A stretch of DNA of 64,000 nucleotides from Terriglobia bacterium. Its GTDB lineage: Bacteria > Acidobacteriota > Terriglobia > 20CM-2-55-15. The DNA lies in the NCBI GenBank assembly GCA_965262425.1, contig OZ253536.1, positions 3,463,744-3,527,743 on the forward strand, given 5' to 3'. Below are positions 44,629 through 55,330 of this stretch, piece after piece; positions within the stretch are counted from its first letter, which is position 1, and every line of letters starts with the position of its first letter. Under the pieces are notes generated by a model. It did no database searches, had not been told where the DNA came from, and was given only the letters and a program-made list of their open reading frames with translations. Position numbers and translations under genes: made by a program.

Positions 44629-47600
44629 TTATCCTCCCAGGCTCCGTCGCAGCTTGTAAATGTCCGTGTGGGTGGGGAAAATCCGTGCGCCTTTGTCGAG
44701 CACACGCCGAGCGTCGGCCCACATCTGATTTGCCATATAGATTCTAGCGAGGCGTGTGTAGATCTGGGCATCCCGATCGAGCGCATACACCGTCAGAAAT
44801 TCGAGATGCTCGATCGCCGCATCCGATTCTCCCCGCTCTTCAAGCACCTCGGCCAGACGGAAGCGGGCGAGATAAGAATACGGTTCAAAACCGAGGGCCG
44901 TTCGGAATGCGCTCAGTGCTTCATCCGTCCTTCCAGCGGACATCAGGTAGTCGCCCAACAGCGCCCAGTAGAAAGCGATCGGATCCGGATCCGTCTGGAC
45001 GTATTGCTGCATCCAGTAAATACCCTCATCCCAGATTTGCATCTGTGCGTTCAGTTCCGCAAGTTTAAGGACGACATCCATACGAGTCGGGTCCAGCGTC
45101 GCCACTCGGATGTAGTGGAGCATGGCTCGTCCTTGATCTCCCATTGCCTCTCGCAACAAACCCCACAATTCTTCTCGCTCGACCCCGTACGGATCGATAT
45201 CAACAGCGAGTTCCTCCGCTCGCAGCAATGACCCTTCCGCCTCATCGAACTGCCGGGAGTCGATGTTCAGGCGGGCCATGGCAATATACAGACTCTCCTC
45301 TGAGGTTCGTTCGATCAGAGCCAGCTCCCGCACGGCCTGTCCGGCAAAAACAACTTCGCTCTTCGCCAGCAACGGCTCCATGATCGCCATGTATGCCCGT
45401 TCTCGATCCTCGTCCGGCAGTTCGGGAGGGAACAGAGACGTTTTATACTCGCTGAGTAACTCCGTGTTGAGATCCCAGGTCTGAGCGAACAGGTTGCGGG
45501 GCGCGTGGAACTCGAGCAGTGGGTGATCATCGGTGTTTCGGAGCGCGCCGATCGAGAACTCACGCACCTGGTCACTCGACATGACGTAGTGGGCAAGGAT
45601 CCCAACCGGATCGCTCAAGGACATCTGATCCTTGAAGTCCCGCCTCACTGTGGCATCCGCGGCAACTATTCGATCCATGCGCTCGACGTCCAGGTGATAC
45701 GGTTGATGACCTCCGAGGAGCACGAGGTCGCCGACTCCCATATCCCACACCGATACTTCGGGAAACTGCCGCTGGAACTCTGCAAAAACCATGCGCAGGT
45801 CATCGGGGGACAGTTCATACAGCTGGATCCACTGCGCGAAGATACCATCCGGGTTCAGCGCCGACGCGGCCAGTTCATAGAACTCCGATGTAAAAAGACT
45901 TCCAACTCCCGCAATCCAAGGATTTGACGGTTCGGAAATAATAATGTCGTAGGTTTCGGGACTGATGTTCAGATAGTTGCGGGCATCCCCATAAATGATG
46001 TTCACCTTGGGATGATCGTAACTACCGCGGTTGATTTCGTCGAACCAGGGACCCGCCTCGACTACAGCGGGTTCAATCTCGACGCAGTCCACGCGCACGA
46101 CCTCCGGGAAAACGGTGGCCGCACCCGCACTGACACCCGATCCATAACCGATGACGAGGACCTTTTCCGGAGATGGATGGTGGAAGCCAGGCAGGTAGGA
46201 CAGGAGGAGTTGGGTCGTCATGTCCTCCCCATTTGAGGCGTCTACCTTTCCGTTTGTCCGAAGACCGACGTAATTGTTGCCGCGGCGAACCGAGATGCTG
46301 GCATTCTTGCCTTCGGAAAAAAATACGACGTCCGTGTCGGTGTAGTGCTCCTCGATAAGAAGTTCGGGACGAGTTTCAAATTGACGGGCGTAGATCAGGA
46401 CGCCGCGATCCATGGAACTGGGATCCCAGAACAGCCCTCCCTGCATCGCCAGGGTGGCAGTCAGGAGCAGTCCGACGGAGGACCAACGGGCGATCGCAAA
46501 CGCACCTTTCTCTTCTGACAGAAGAAACAACGCGAGAGCCGAGTTCAGAAAGAGTCCGACCAGCACCGTCCGTTCCGTCCCAATAAAAGGTATCAGGAAG
46601 AACCCGGCGGCGAGCGAACCGAGAATCGCTCCGACCGTATTGATGGAATAAGCACTTCCGATCCGACGGCCCAGGATCTGGATGTTTGAAGAGTAAAGCT
46701 GGCCGGCAATGGGAAAGGTCGCTCCCATGAAAAAGGTCGCCAGGAACATCAGCGACGAGCAAACGATGAACTGAATCGTCAGAACCGCGGGGAACGAATA
46801 GAAGAGGGCACGAATCAACGAGATCAGAAGATACGGCGCCACAAGATAGCCGATCATGAAAACGAGACCGCCGAAGGCGATACCTAGCTGCAACAGGCCG
46901 AGGAGACGCAGGCTGACTGAGGGCCGAAAGCGGCTGGCCCAGGAACTGCCCATCGCGATGCCGACGAGAAACGTCACCAGCATAATGGCGAACGAATAAG
47001 TCGAACTACCGATGACGGCCGTGAGCGCACGGGTCCAGGCCACTTCATAGACCATTGCAGCAAAACCGGAAACCGCCAGAGTCAGGAGAACGAAGCGATC
47101 CGACTGACTGCCTGCAATGGTTCGAGGTGGGGTTTCGACCGCCTCTACATCCGATTCGGGTACAACCTCCTGGTTCACATCGAGCCGGATCGCCAGAAGG
47201 CCGAGCCCAACGTTTAGTGATGCGATCCACACCGTCGTCAGTTGATTGCCAAGCCCGGGAATCAGAACCAGTGCCGCGACAAGCGTTCCACATGCCGCCC
47301 CGAACGTGTTCAAGGCGTAGAGCGTGCCCACTTTCGAGCCAACCTCTTCGTTACGCTGGACAAAGAACCGCGTCAGGACGGGGAGGGTGCCCCCCATCAG
47401 GAAGGTAGGAACCAGCATGATGACGAACGAAGTGATGAACCGAACCAGCGTATCGGCGCCGGCTATCTCCGACAGCTCGGCGCCCACGCTCCAGTACAAC
47501 GTGTCGACCGCACGGAAGGCGAAGGGAACCAGGAGCGCCGAAATCCCTATAAGGATCTCCAGAATCCCGTACAGCCGCAACGGACGCTCGCTTCGATCCA

Positions 47601-47778
47601 CCATCGATCCCAACCACCAGCTACCCAGAGCCAGGCCCGACATGAAAGCACCCAGAACCGTTGCGATCGAAAAGGAGGTATTGCCAAACACGAGGCCGGT
47701 CAGCCGCACCCAGACAACCTCGTAGACCAACCCGGAAGCACCGGACAGAAAGAAGATGAAATAGAGAAGTCGCGTCAT
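44629..47778 (-). CDS. Fused polytopic membrane domain + spermidine-synthase-like (polyamine aminopropyltransferase fold) + C-terminal TPR protein
   Basis: ~14 TM helices in the N-terminal 450 aa. Central VLVIGYGSGVSAGA...VDCVEIEPAV...ISEPSNPWIAG (SpeE-like). C-terminal TPR repeats. 1049 aa. Confidence 0.72.
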   Translation of the reverse strand: MTRLLYFIFFLSGASGLVYEVVWVRLTGLVFGNTSFSIATVLGAFMSGLALGSWWLGSMVDRSERPLRLYGILEILIGISALLVPFAFRAVDTLYWSVGAELSEIAGADTLVRFITSFVIMLVPTFLMGGTLPVLTRFFVQRNEEVGSKVGTLYALNTFGAACGTLVAALVLIPGLGNQLTTVWIASLNVGLGLLAIRLDVNQEVVPESDVEAVETPPRTIAGSQSDRFVLLTLAVSGFAAMVYEVAWTRALTAVIGSSTYSFAIMLVTFLVGIAMGSSWASRFRPSVSLRLLGLLQLGIAFGGLVFMIGYLVAPYLLISLIRALFYSFPAVLTIQFIVCSSLMFLATFFMGATFPIAGQLYSSNIQILGRRIGSAYSINTVGAILGSLAAGFFLIPFIGTERTVLVGLFLNSALALFLLSEEKGAFAIARWSSVGLLLTATLAMQGGLFWDPSSMDRGVLIYARQFETRPELLIEEHYTDTDVVFFSEGKNASISVRRGNNYVGLRTNGKVDASNGEDMTTQLLLSYLPGFHHPSPEKVLVIGYGSGVSAGAATVFPEVVRVDCVEIEPAVVEAGPWFDEINRGSYDHPKVNIIYGDARNYLNISPETYDIIISEPSNPWIAGVGSLFTSEFYELAASALNPDGIFAQWIQLYELSPDDLRMVFAEFQRQFPEVSVWDMGVGDLVLLGGHQPYHLDVERMDRIVAADATVRRDFKDQMSLSDPVGILAHYVMSSDQVREFSIGALRNTDDHPLLEFHAPRNLFAQTWDLNTELLSEYKTSLFPPELPDEDRERAYMAIMEPLLAKSEVVFAGQAVRELALIERTSEESLYIAMARLNIDSRQFDEAEGSLLRAEELAVDIDPYGVEREELWGLLREAMGDQGRAMLHYIRVATLDPTRMDVVLKLAELNAQMQIWDEGIYWMQQYVQTDPDPIAFYWALLGDYLMSAGRTDEALSAFRTALGFEPYSYLARFRLAEVLEERGESDAAIEHLEFLTVYALDRDAQIYTRLARIYMANQMWADARRVLDKGARIFPTHTDIYKLRRSLGG

Positions 47779-47883
47779 GCTGGTTGAGGTATTCAGGGTG
47801 TGGCCAATTCCGAAGTCTTAAGCAGATTAACGCAGATCACGGCGATTTTGGGGAAGTCTTGGAAGCCAGGTAAGAGCCAGGAG

Positions 47884-48612
47884 TTAATTCTCGGAGGTGG
47901 GATGCGGCAGGGAAATTGTAAAGACGGTGTCCGGGAGATTGCTCTGGACCTCGATTCGGCCCCGGAGTTCCTCGACAACGATCCGACGCGTGATGTACAG
48001 CCCGAGGCCGGTTCCCATGTGCCCTTTGGTTGTGAAAAATGGTTCAAACACCCGGGAGAGGTCGGCTTCCGCAATTCCACGGCCGGTGTCGGACACTTCG
48101 ATGCGAACCTCCGTTGGTTCGTTCCGTACCGTGACTCCCAATCGACGGTCGAAACAATCTTCCATCGCATCCGCGGCATTCTGGAATAGATTGATCAATA
48201 CCTGAACGAGCATGTTGCGGTCCACCGATATCGCAGTCGACTCGTCCGCAACGTGGACCTCGAGCCTGACGCTTCTCAATACGAGATAGGGCTCGACGAA
48301 CCGAAAGGCGTCATGAACCAGTTCGCCCGCGTCACATATCTCGATGCGGGACGGATGTTTCCGGCTAAAGTCGAGCATCCGGGCCGCAAGCTGTCCAAGG
48401 CGGTCCGAAGCGGCGGATGCCGCCAGGACGTGGTCGCGCACTGGATCGTCCGATGAAGTCTGTTCTTCGATCTGGCGAAGGTATTCCTGAATCAGCATCA
48501 GGGGATTGGCAACGTCATGGGCAAAACACGCGGAAAGCTCCCCGATCGAGATGCAGGAGGCGGCCCGCCGAATCGGTTTCCGCGGAAAGAGGTACCCCGG
48601 GAGCCCGATCAT
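47884..48612 (-). CDS. Sensor-less histidine kinase core (HisKA + HATPase_c)
   Basis: H-box SACFAHDVANPL, N-box LINLFQNAADA, G1 DTGRGI, G2 GTGLGL. Confidence 0.75.
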   Translation of the reverse strand: MIGLPGYLFPRKPIRRAASCISIGELSACFAHDVANPLMLIQEYLRQIEEQTSSDDPVRDHVLAASAASDRLGQLAARMLDFSRKHPSRIEICDAGELVHDAFRFVEPYLVLRSVRLEVHVADESTAISVDRNMLVQVLINLFQNAADAMEDCFDRRLGVTVRNEPTEVRIEVSDTGRGIAEADLSRVFEPFFTTKGHMGTGLGLYITRRIVVEELRGRIEVQSNLPDTVFTISLPHPTSEN

Positions 48613-48648
48613 CCGCGAACTGCTCCATCCACCACGAAGGGTAGGGCA

Positions 48649-49305
48649 TCATCGAAGTTTCCTTCGCATTCTGTTCAGGACTGCTTCAATCCCGGAAACG
48701 CTGAGGCTGAATACAGGAAACGCCGCCAATTCGGGAGCGGTAAAACCATCAATATAGTGGAGCTTGAAGATCAGGAGGTTGCGTGCCGCGTTCTTGCGGT
48801 CGTCGTCGCTCTGGAGAACGCGCTCGACATCTATCCAGGACAGCAAGGCACCGACCGATTTGGAATCGAGATCAGCCCCGTCAACACGGGAGTTCTCAAT
48901 CATCTCTTTTGCATGATCTATGGAAATCACTTGTGCCTGCCTTTTTTCGGCCATCTGGTACCGAAAATGATCGACGACCACACTCGCGGCGATCCGTGCC
49001 AGGAACACCTTTACGGCGAACTCGGACTTCCCTCGGAACGACTGCAGTATCCGACCGTCGTTTTGAACGAGACGGACATACACTTCCTGCGCCAGGTCCA
49101 GAATAACTTCGCGAATCCCATCCTGGCGCCCTGTCGAAATACGGCAGGCGCGAAGAAGGTAGAGAAAAATCCTCCGCTGGAAGCGCCGCTGAAACTCCTC
49201 CCAGATGTCGAGATCGGTCAGGCGGCGACCACACTCCCGGAGTAGATCGGGAGAAGAAGCACCCTCCGGATCTGTCAGACGAAGATGTGAAACAGATGCT
49301 GGCAT
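48649..49305 (-). CDS. ECF-type sigma-70 family RNA polymerase sigma factor
   Basis: Region 2 LAQEVYVRLV..DHFRYQ. Region 4 ELAAFPVFSLSVSGIEAVLNRMRRKLR. ATG 49305. Confidence 0.7.
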   Translation of the reverse strand: MPASVSHLRLTDPEGASSPDLLRECGRRLTDLDIWEEFQRRFQRRIFLYLLRACRISTGRQDGIREVILDLAQEVYVRLVQNDGRILQSFRGKSEFAVKVFLARIAASVVVDHFRYQMAEKRQAQVISIDHAKEMIENSRVDGADLDSKSVGALLSWIDVERVLQSDDDRKNAARNLLIFKLHYIDGFTAPELAAFPVFSLSVSGIEAVLNRMRRKLR

Positions 49306-49315
49306 GCGAGTTGCT

Positions 49316-50176
49316 CTAGTTGGCCCCTTCCATCCGAGTCTGAATCTCACTTGCCCAGTCGGATTCGGAATCCAGGCTCAGATATCGTTCGGAGAAACTC
49401 CGGGTCATACCAGGCAGGCCCCGCCGTTCATACAGAAGTACGATGTTGTATACCGCTGGAACGAAAGAAAACTCGAGACCTATGGCCGCTTCAAACTCTC
49501 GTTGTGCCTTCTGCAGGTTGTTGTCCAGCTCGGCTCGGGTTTCGGCATGTCTTTCGAGATATGCGACGCCCAGGTCGTTACGAACCGCAGGCTCGTCGGG
49601 CGTCTGCGTCACAGCCAGTTCGAGGTGTCGAATTGCCTCATCGAAATCGCCGGCAAGCAGAAATTCGATGCCACTGATGTGGTTGGTCGCTCCCATCCGG
49701 CGCAACTGCGCTGCTTCGGCCGCCTCGACTGGGAACTCACTGTTCGCCGGAGACCGTGTAACGACTCGAGCCAGGTATTGCTGATCGGAAAGTCGGGCCT
49801 CAAACGGGCGATAGTTTTCGAGCAAACCCTTCGCCATTGCTTCTGGCGTCTCCGCGTCAGGACGATCTAAACCAAGAAAAACGCCTAAGCTGACCACCAG
49901 CAACAGTGAAGCCGCCAGACCGATCCATCCCCTGGCAACCCAACCGGACTTCTCCGGCACTGGGCGTTCGGCCCAACTGTTGATTGCTTCCTCGACGACC
50001 GAATCCTCCTCCTTGAGCACTGTTTCATCGAGAATTCGCATATAGAACGCCAACTGACTCCGACACTCGTCGCAGCCCACAAGATGTTGTTCGGTCGCTG
50101 CACGAAGGGCTGGATCCAGGAGTCCTTCGAGGTAACTGGCTAGCGTCTCTTCATTTAGGCATTGCTGGGTGTTCAC
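49316..50176 (-). CDS. Anti-sigma factor: N-terminal zf-HC2 domain, single TM, periplasmic TPR domain
   Basis: HLVGCDECRSQ zinc-finger motif. TM GWIGLAASLLLVVSLGVFLGL. C-terminal TPR. Confidence 0.62.
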   Translation of the reverse strand: MNTQQCLNEETLASYLEGLLDPALRAATEQHLVGCDECRSQLAFYMRILDETVLKEEDSVVEEAINSWAERPVPEKSGWVARGWIGLAASLLLVVSLGVFLGLDRPDAETPEAMAKGLLENYRPFEARLSDQQYLARVVTRSPANSEFPVEAAEAAQLRRMGATNHISGIEFLLAGDFDEAIRHLELAVTQTPDEPAVRNDLGVAYLERHAETRAELDNNLQKAQREFEAAIGLEFSFVPAVYNIVLLYERRGLPGMTRSFSERYLSLDSESDWASEIQTRMEGAN

Positions 50177-50366
50177 GGTTTTGCTCCCCTTTACTCAGAG
50201 AATTCTGTCCCCTTAACTAAGAAGACGTAAAAACCGGATCAAACCACACAAATTTTATTTGGCATGTCTACGAGCCGGGGCTACGTCTCTTAGAGCAGAG
50301 ACTCCTGTGGTCTCGACCAGACCTCCACTTGAAACGTCAATCAATTCGAAACATAAGGAGCAAACC

Positions 50367-51152
50367 ATGAATCGACGAGATTTCATGACAGTTGTCGGCG
50401 GCGCGGGTGCCGCCTCGATCCTCGGAAGTTCTTCTCTACTGGCCTCTTCGGAAAAAACGACACCACTCTACGTACGGGGACTGGTGATGCTGTCGTTCAG
50501 CGACGACAATTACCTTCGCATCGCGCTCCCCAAGGCGCATGCACACAAGGCTACCTTAACTATCGTCCCCAACGAAGGTGATCGACGTTACACGGAGATC
50601 AAGGGGCATGGCGCCCTGGAAGGAGTCCGTCACGACGGCACCAAGCCGGAAGTGCGGCTTCCGGAGCTGCTACATATCCGGGAAATCTATCGTGATGCGG
50701 TTCCCCGCCTGGAAGACAACCAGTCGACCATATCTGTCCCATGGTCTGCCGTTCGATCGATCACTACGAACACCGTCAGCAAGGATCGCTGGACTTTCAT
50801 TCGCACGGACACCGGTGAAGAGGTCCATTCGGTACGCCCACGCAAGATTGCAGAGTCCATCAAGATTGAACTACTATCTTCAAGTACGCTGAAACTGAAC
50901 AACGGAAAGGTTTCCGTCGCGCTCGGCGAAGTGGAAGAACTCTGGACCGACTTCGTGCCGGTGGGTGACAAGGTCGGCGATTTTGTGGATCATTTTGCAC
51001 ACTACCTGCCGTATGTGGAGACCGGAAATGCGTTCCCTGTGCTGCCGAAAAGGCTGGGACGAGTTCGCCGACAAACTAAAGCTCCGGCCGTGGGGAATTC
51101 GTTCGCCATGGCTTTCCCCAGCCCGATTTGTTTTCTGATCCGGCTGGACTGA
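50367..51152 (+). CDS. Tat-secreted hypothetical protein
   Basis: RBS aaggag ahead of the ATG. Twin-arginine signal MNRRDFMTVVGGAGAASILGSSS. No identifiable domain. Confidence 0.5.
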   Translation: MNRRDFMTVVGGAGAASILGSSSLLASSEKTTPLYVRGLVMLSFSDDNYLRIALPKAHAHKATLTIVPNEGDRRYTEIKGHGALEGVRHDGTKPEVRLPELLHIREIYRDAVPRLEDNQSTISVPWSAVRSITTNTVSKDRWTFIRTDTGEEVHSVRPRKIAESIKIELLSSSTLKLNNGKVSVALGEVEELWTDFVPVGDKVGDFVDHFAHYLPYVETGNAFPVLPKRLGRVRRQTKAPAVGNSFAMAFPSPICFLIRLD

Positions 51153-51165
51153 TCGCAAGAACAAT

Positions 51166-54100
51166 ATGGCCTCCCGTCTTTCCCGAACTGCCGGATGCGT
51201 CGGCATGATTGCCGTTGTTGCCCTGGTTTCGGTCCGATGCGCCCCGAGGGAATCGACTGAAGCTATCGCAGAGCGTTTGATCCGTGGCGCTTTCGCGACT
51301 TCGCGACCGACGGGAGGTCGTCTCTTCGGTTTTCCGTATGCCCAACCCGCCTCACAGAACACAACCTCCGAAGGGCTCGATCAAGCAGGTCTCCTCCTGG
51401 CCACGCTGCGACCCGACTCCGTGGCAACGAATCGACTCAAAACCTACATAGACATTGTTCGTGCCAGGTGGAAAAAAGCGGCCGAGCAACTGCGATGGCA
51501 GGTTTCCGCCTACCCCGATGATCCTGGATTTCTAAACGATTTGGGGGTCGTCTACATGGAGATCGGGCGTCGAGACGCAGTCTACATGTTCGAGGCGCTG
51601 TCGCTGTTTGAAGCTGCATCCAAAGTGGCGCCCACAGCGGCCGAACCGGCTTTCAACCTCGTTTTGACGTACAGGCAACTGAACCAGGAACAAAAGGCGG
51701 CAGCCGCGCTCGATTCCTACCGGACACTCGATCCGGCAATGGACTCTGTTCGGGAGCTGGCCGCACACCAGCCCCGTGCCGAACGGATCGCGGGTGACAT
51801 TCGAAATCTGAAGAAAGCGCTGTCGGAAGGAGAGGCCCGCTCTGCCTGGATCACCGCCGAGCAGAACCCGGATGCCTGGTCGCAGGTTCTGCTCGAAATG
51901 ACGATGGGCGGAAACAGCTTCCAGGGCGATGGATCGGCGGTTCATGAAGTGGCAGATCGATTCGCGGAGAGGTTCGGAGACGAGACTGGCCCTGCGATCC
52001 TGCTTCCTCTGGGCTCGGGGCACAACGATCGCGTCCTTGCTGCGAGAAAAGCCGTGGTCGAGGCTCGGTCGGAATATCGAGCCAGACGTTATCGCGAGAG
52101 CCTGCGCGTTCTTGATCATGCGGCCAATCTCCTGGAGGGATCGGACTCGGAATTCGATCGGCTGTGGATCGAGATCGCCCGTGCCGATGCGCTGATCTGG
52201 GACAGACAGTTGGATGCCGCTCGAATGATCCTGCAATCGGTCGTCGATAGCTCGCGGCGGAACAACTTCAAGTGGCTGCTCGGCCGCGCCCTGACGGTGT
52301 ACGGAACCGACTACCGGCTCTCTGGGAGTCGGCCGGATATGATCGAGCACCTCGAGGAAGCCCTCGAAGTGTACGAGAGCATCGGCGCGCGGGGCGAGTC
52401 CACACGCGCTCGATTCTATCTCGCCAACTATCTTCGTTTTGAGGGTCGTACGACTGACAGTCTGAACATGGCACATCAAGCGCTGGAAGTGGTTCCACCG
52501 AATGATCACGGACGACACTATCAACTTCTCTGGATTACCGGTTCGAACCTGGCGCTTCGGGGTGATCCCAAACAGGCGGCAGCGTATTACGTCGAAGCTG
52601 CCGTGAGAGCGGAACTGGCGAATGACCCGGTCGGATCTGCTCAGATCAACATCGAACTGGCCGAGATTTACGAAAACGATTCGAGAAGCGACCTGGCGGA
52701 CCAGCACATTCAGCGGGCCGAAGCTTCGTTAGGGAAAAGGCAGTCCACCGATCTGGTCGCATCGTTGATCGATGTAATCGTGACACTCGGCAAGTCCCGG
52801 ATTCTCGAGGGGCGCGGGAAGTCCGATGAGGCCTTGAACCTCCTGGTCGAAAAACTTCCCTTGCTTGACCGTGAAAGCATCGAGACGGTCTACAGCCACC
52901 AGTACCGGTCCGCGATGGCCGAAACGCTGCTCGGCGCCGGTAGAAAGGAGGGTGCGCGCAAACAGTTCGACCTCGCCGTTCGGGCAGTGGACCGTGAAGA
53001 CGATATGTTTACCTCAACTGCCCGGCTGGCGTTCGATCCAAGACGAAGACGTGTTTACGAGTCCGCGATCGGATTCGAATTCGACGAAGGTAACCTCGAA
53101 CAAGCCTGGGAATACGCGCAGCGTTACCGCGCCAGGCTCCTCGAGGAAATGCTCGGCCAGTACGCACCCGAGCACGAGGGATTTGCCGACCGGGTCGCCG
53201 CGATGAGCGACCGTCGGGCGGCGCTTGGCGATACCCATCTGCTCGAATACACGGTCTTGAAGGATCGGCTGCTCGTCTGGCTGGTGTCCGGGACGGCTCT
53301 GGAAGGCTACGCGTATCCGATCAAGCGCGCGGCGCTCGAGGAAAGCGTCGGCCGATTCCTGGCTATGGTCCGAACCGGTACGCCGGCTGACGAACTGGCC
53401 GAAACATCAGTGGAGTTGTATCAGGCATTGATAGGACCCGTATCAGGCCTTCTCCAAAACACAGTTTCGTTCGCGATCGTTCCCGATCGTATCCTGCACC
53501 GGCTGCCGTTCGGGGCTCTGCGATCCCCGGAAGGAGAGTACCTGCTGGAAGAACACCCTCTTGTTCAGACGCCGAACCTGGCCTATTTCCTCAGTCCGGA
53601 ATCGCCGCGGGTGAACGATCCGAAACAGATTGCAATGGGTTCGCGTGACCTCGACGTCTCGATAGGTCAGGAACTGGAGGGACTCGAGGAAAGTTACGAC
53701 GGGTTGACCAGCTACAACGGGTTCGATGTCGACAGAACACTGTTTCTTGAGGCGCTGAATGGTGCATCGCTCTTTCACTATGCGGGGCACTCGGCGGTGG
53801 ACGGCACCAATGCCTTCCGCTCGTCGATCCTCCTCGAGGGCGACGACGAGGGGCCCAATGTGATTTCCGCCGCTGACATCGCAAGCTCACGGCTTGCCCC
53901 GGATGCCCTGGTTGTCCTTTCGTCGTGCGATTCGTCGGTCGGCAATTCGATCGGAGGTGCTGGCGTGCGCGGGCTGACGTCCGCGTTTCTGATCGCCGGC
54001 GCCGGGGCGGTAGTCGGATCCCTCTGGCCGGTTGAAACGGTCGCCACGAAGGAGTTGATGCTTCGCTTTCATCGAAATCGAGCCGGCGGCCGGTCGGTCG

Positions 54101-54240
54101 TCGATGCCCTGCGGGAAGCGCAACTGTCCTTCATCCAGGATTTCCCGGAACAGGCTCACCCGTACTACTGGTCGGGGTTCACGGTAACGGGCAACCGGAG
54201 CGCCCTGCGATCTGGAGTCCCGGCGGGCGCGGGCTCCTAG
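51166..54240 (+). CDS. TPR-repeat plus C-terminal CHAT (caspase-like protease) domain protein, secreted or lipoprotein
   Basis: N-terminal hydrophobic leader. Long TPR array. C-terminal HYAGHSAVDG ... VVLSSCDSSVGNSIGGAGVRGLTSAFLIAGAGAVVGSLWPV has the His/Cys dyad spacing of CHAT domains. Confidence 0.72.
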   Translation: MASRLSRTAGCVGMIAVVALVSVRCAPRESTEAIAERLIRGAFATSRPTGGRLFGFPYAQPASQNTTSEGLDQAGLLLATLRPDSVATNRLKTYIDIVRARWKKAAEQLRWQVSAYPDDPGFLNDLGVVYMEIGRRDAVYMFEALSLFEAASKVAPTAAEPAFNLVLTYRQLNQEQKAAAALDSYRTLDPAMDSVRELAAHQPRAERIAGDIRNLKKALSEGEARSAWITAEQNPDAWSQVLLEMTMGGNSFQGDGSAVHEVADRFAERFGDETGPAILLPLGSGHNDRVLAARKAVVEARSEYRARRYRESLRVLDHAANLLEGSDSEFDRLWIEIARADALIWDRQLDAARMILQSVVDSSRRNNFKWLLGRALTVYGTDYRLSGSRPDMIEHLEEALEVYESIGARGESTRARFYLANYLRFEGRTTDSLNMAHQALEVVPPNDHGRHYQLLWITGSNLALRGDPKQAAAYYVEAAVRAELANDPVGSAQINIELAEIYENDSRSDLADQHIQRAEASLGKRQSTDLVASLIDVIVTLGKSRILEGRGKSDEALNLLVEKLPLLDRESIETVYSHQYRSAMAETLLGAGRKEGARKQFDLAVRAVDREDDMFTSTARLAFDPRRRRVYESAIGFEFDEGNLEQAWEYAQRYRARLLEEMLGQYAPEHEGFADRVAAMSDRRAALGDTHLLEYTVLKDRLLVWLVSGTALEGYAYPIKRAALEESVGRFLAMVRTGTPADELAETSVELYQALIGPVSGLLQNTVSFAIVPDRILHRLPFGALRSPEGEYLLEEHPLVQTPNLAYFLSPESPRVNDPKQIAMGSRDLDVSIGQELEGLEESYDGLTSYNGFDVDRTLFLEALNGASLFHYAGHSAVDGTNAFRSSILLEGDDEGPNVISAADIASSRLAPDALVVLSSCDSSVGNSIGGAGVRGLTSAFLIAGAGAVVGSLWPVETVATKELMLRFHRNRAGGRSVVDALREAQLSFIQDFPEQAHPYYWSGFTVTGNRSALRSGVPAGAGS

Positions 54241-55217
54241 GGTATCAGCAGAACCTTCCCCGTAGTTTTCCGGCCCTCGAGTTGCCGGTGGGCTTCGGCG
54301 GCATCGGAAAGCGGAAACGTGTGCTCGATCCGCAGCTTCAGGTCCCCTGAAGCATGCCAGGCAAAGAGATCTTTGGTTCGTGACAGGAGATCTTCCCGTG
54401 TGGCCGCGTAGCTGGCCAGAGTAGGTCGTGTTATGTATAGAGATCCTTTTGCGGCCAGCGCACCCAGGTTAAACGGCGGAATCAGACCGCTGGCCTGTCC
54501 AAAGGCAACCATAATTCCGCGCGGCCGGAGGCAGTTCAGACCGCTGTCGAACGTCGCCTGCCCGACCGAGTCATAGACGACATGGACGCCCTTTCCCCCA
54601 GTCAGCCGTTGGACCTCGGTTTCGAAGTTTTGTTCGGTGTACATAATGACTTCGTCGGCTCCAGCCGCTCGGGCCAGTGCGGCTTTCTCCTCGGTGGACA
54701 CGGTCCCATAGATAGTGGCCCCGATCTTCTTGGCCATCTGAATCAAGAGCAAACCCACTCCACCGGCAGCCGCATGGATCAGGGCCGTGTCTCCCGCTTT
54801 CAGGGGATAAGTACTGTGGGTCAAGTAGTGTGCAGTCAGGCCCTGAAGCATGATTGCCGCTCCGGACCTGGAATCCATATTTTCGGGCAATCGGACCAGC
54901 TTCCAGGACGGAACCAGCGGGAGTTCGGAATAGGAACCCGGCGTCATTGCATATGCCACGCGGTCGCCCACCTGGATGTCGTCTACATCGGGTCCTACGG
55001 CCTCGACCGTTCCAGCCCCCTCCATACCTGGCGTTAGCGGCGGTGCGATGGGATAAAGGCCCGTTCGATGATAGACGTCGATAAAGTTCACGCCGATCGC
55101 CTCGGCACGAATTACCGCTTCCCCCGGCCCGGGGTCGGGTGCCGGTACTTCCTCGTATTTGAGGACCTCGGGCCCTCCATGTTCGTGTACTCGAATAGCT
55201 TTCATAATGACGCTCAC
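54237..55217 (-). CDS. NADPH:quinone oxidoreductase / zinc-type alcohol dehydrogenase family (MDR)
   Basis: MKAIRVHEHGGPEVLKYEEVPAPDPGPGEAVIRAEAIGVNFID, plus the GxGxxG motif AAAGGVGL. Confidence 0.85.
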   Translation of the reverse strand: MSVIMKAIRVHEHGGPEVLKYEEVPAPDPGPGEAVIRAEAIGVNFIDVYHRTGLYPIAPPLTPGMEGAGTVEAVGPDVDDIQVGDRVAYAMTPGSYSELPLVPSWKLVRLPENMDSRSGAAIMLQGLTAHYLTHSTYPLKAGDTALIHAAAGGVGLLLIQMAKKIGATIYGTVSTEEKAALARAAGADEVIMYTEQNFETEVQRLTGGKGVHVVYDSVGQATFDSGLNCLRPRGIMVAFGQASGLIPPFNLGALAAKGSLYITRPTLASYAATREDLLSRTKDLFAWHASGDLKLRIEHTFPLSDAAEAHRQLEGRKTTGKVLLIP

Positions 55218-55330
55218 GTTAAGGCAGGCCGCTGCTCAAGGTCAAATACTTTGTCTCCCTCCCCACACAATCCCGCTGCCTCAAAATCCGAAATTGAAAT
55301 TCGAACCCACGTGAAGGACATTCCTTCACC

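Noticed and set aside
49205-49870. 221-aa plus-strand ORF spanning the sigma/anti-sigma junction
   Set aside because: Antisense to both regulatory genes. No motifs. Typical GC-rich shadow.
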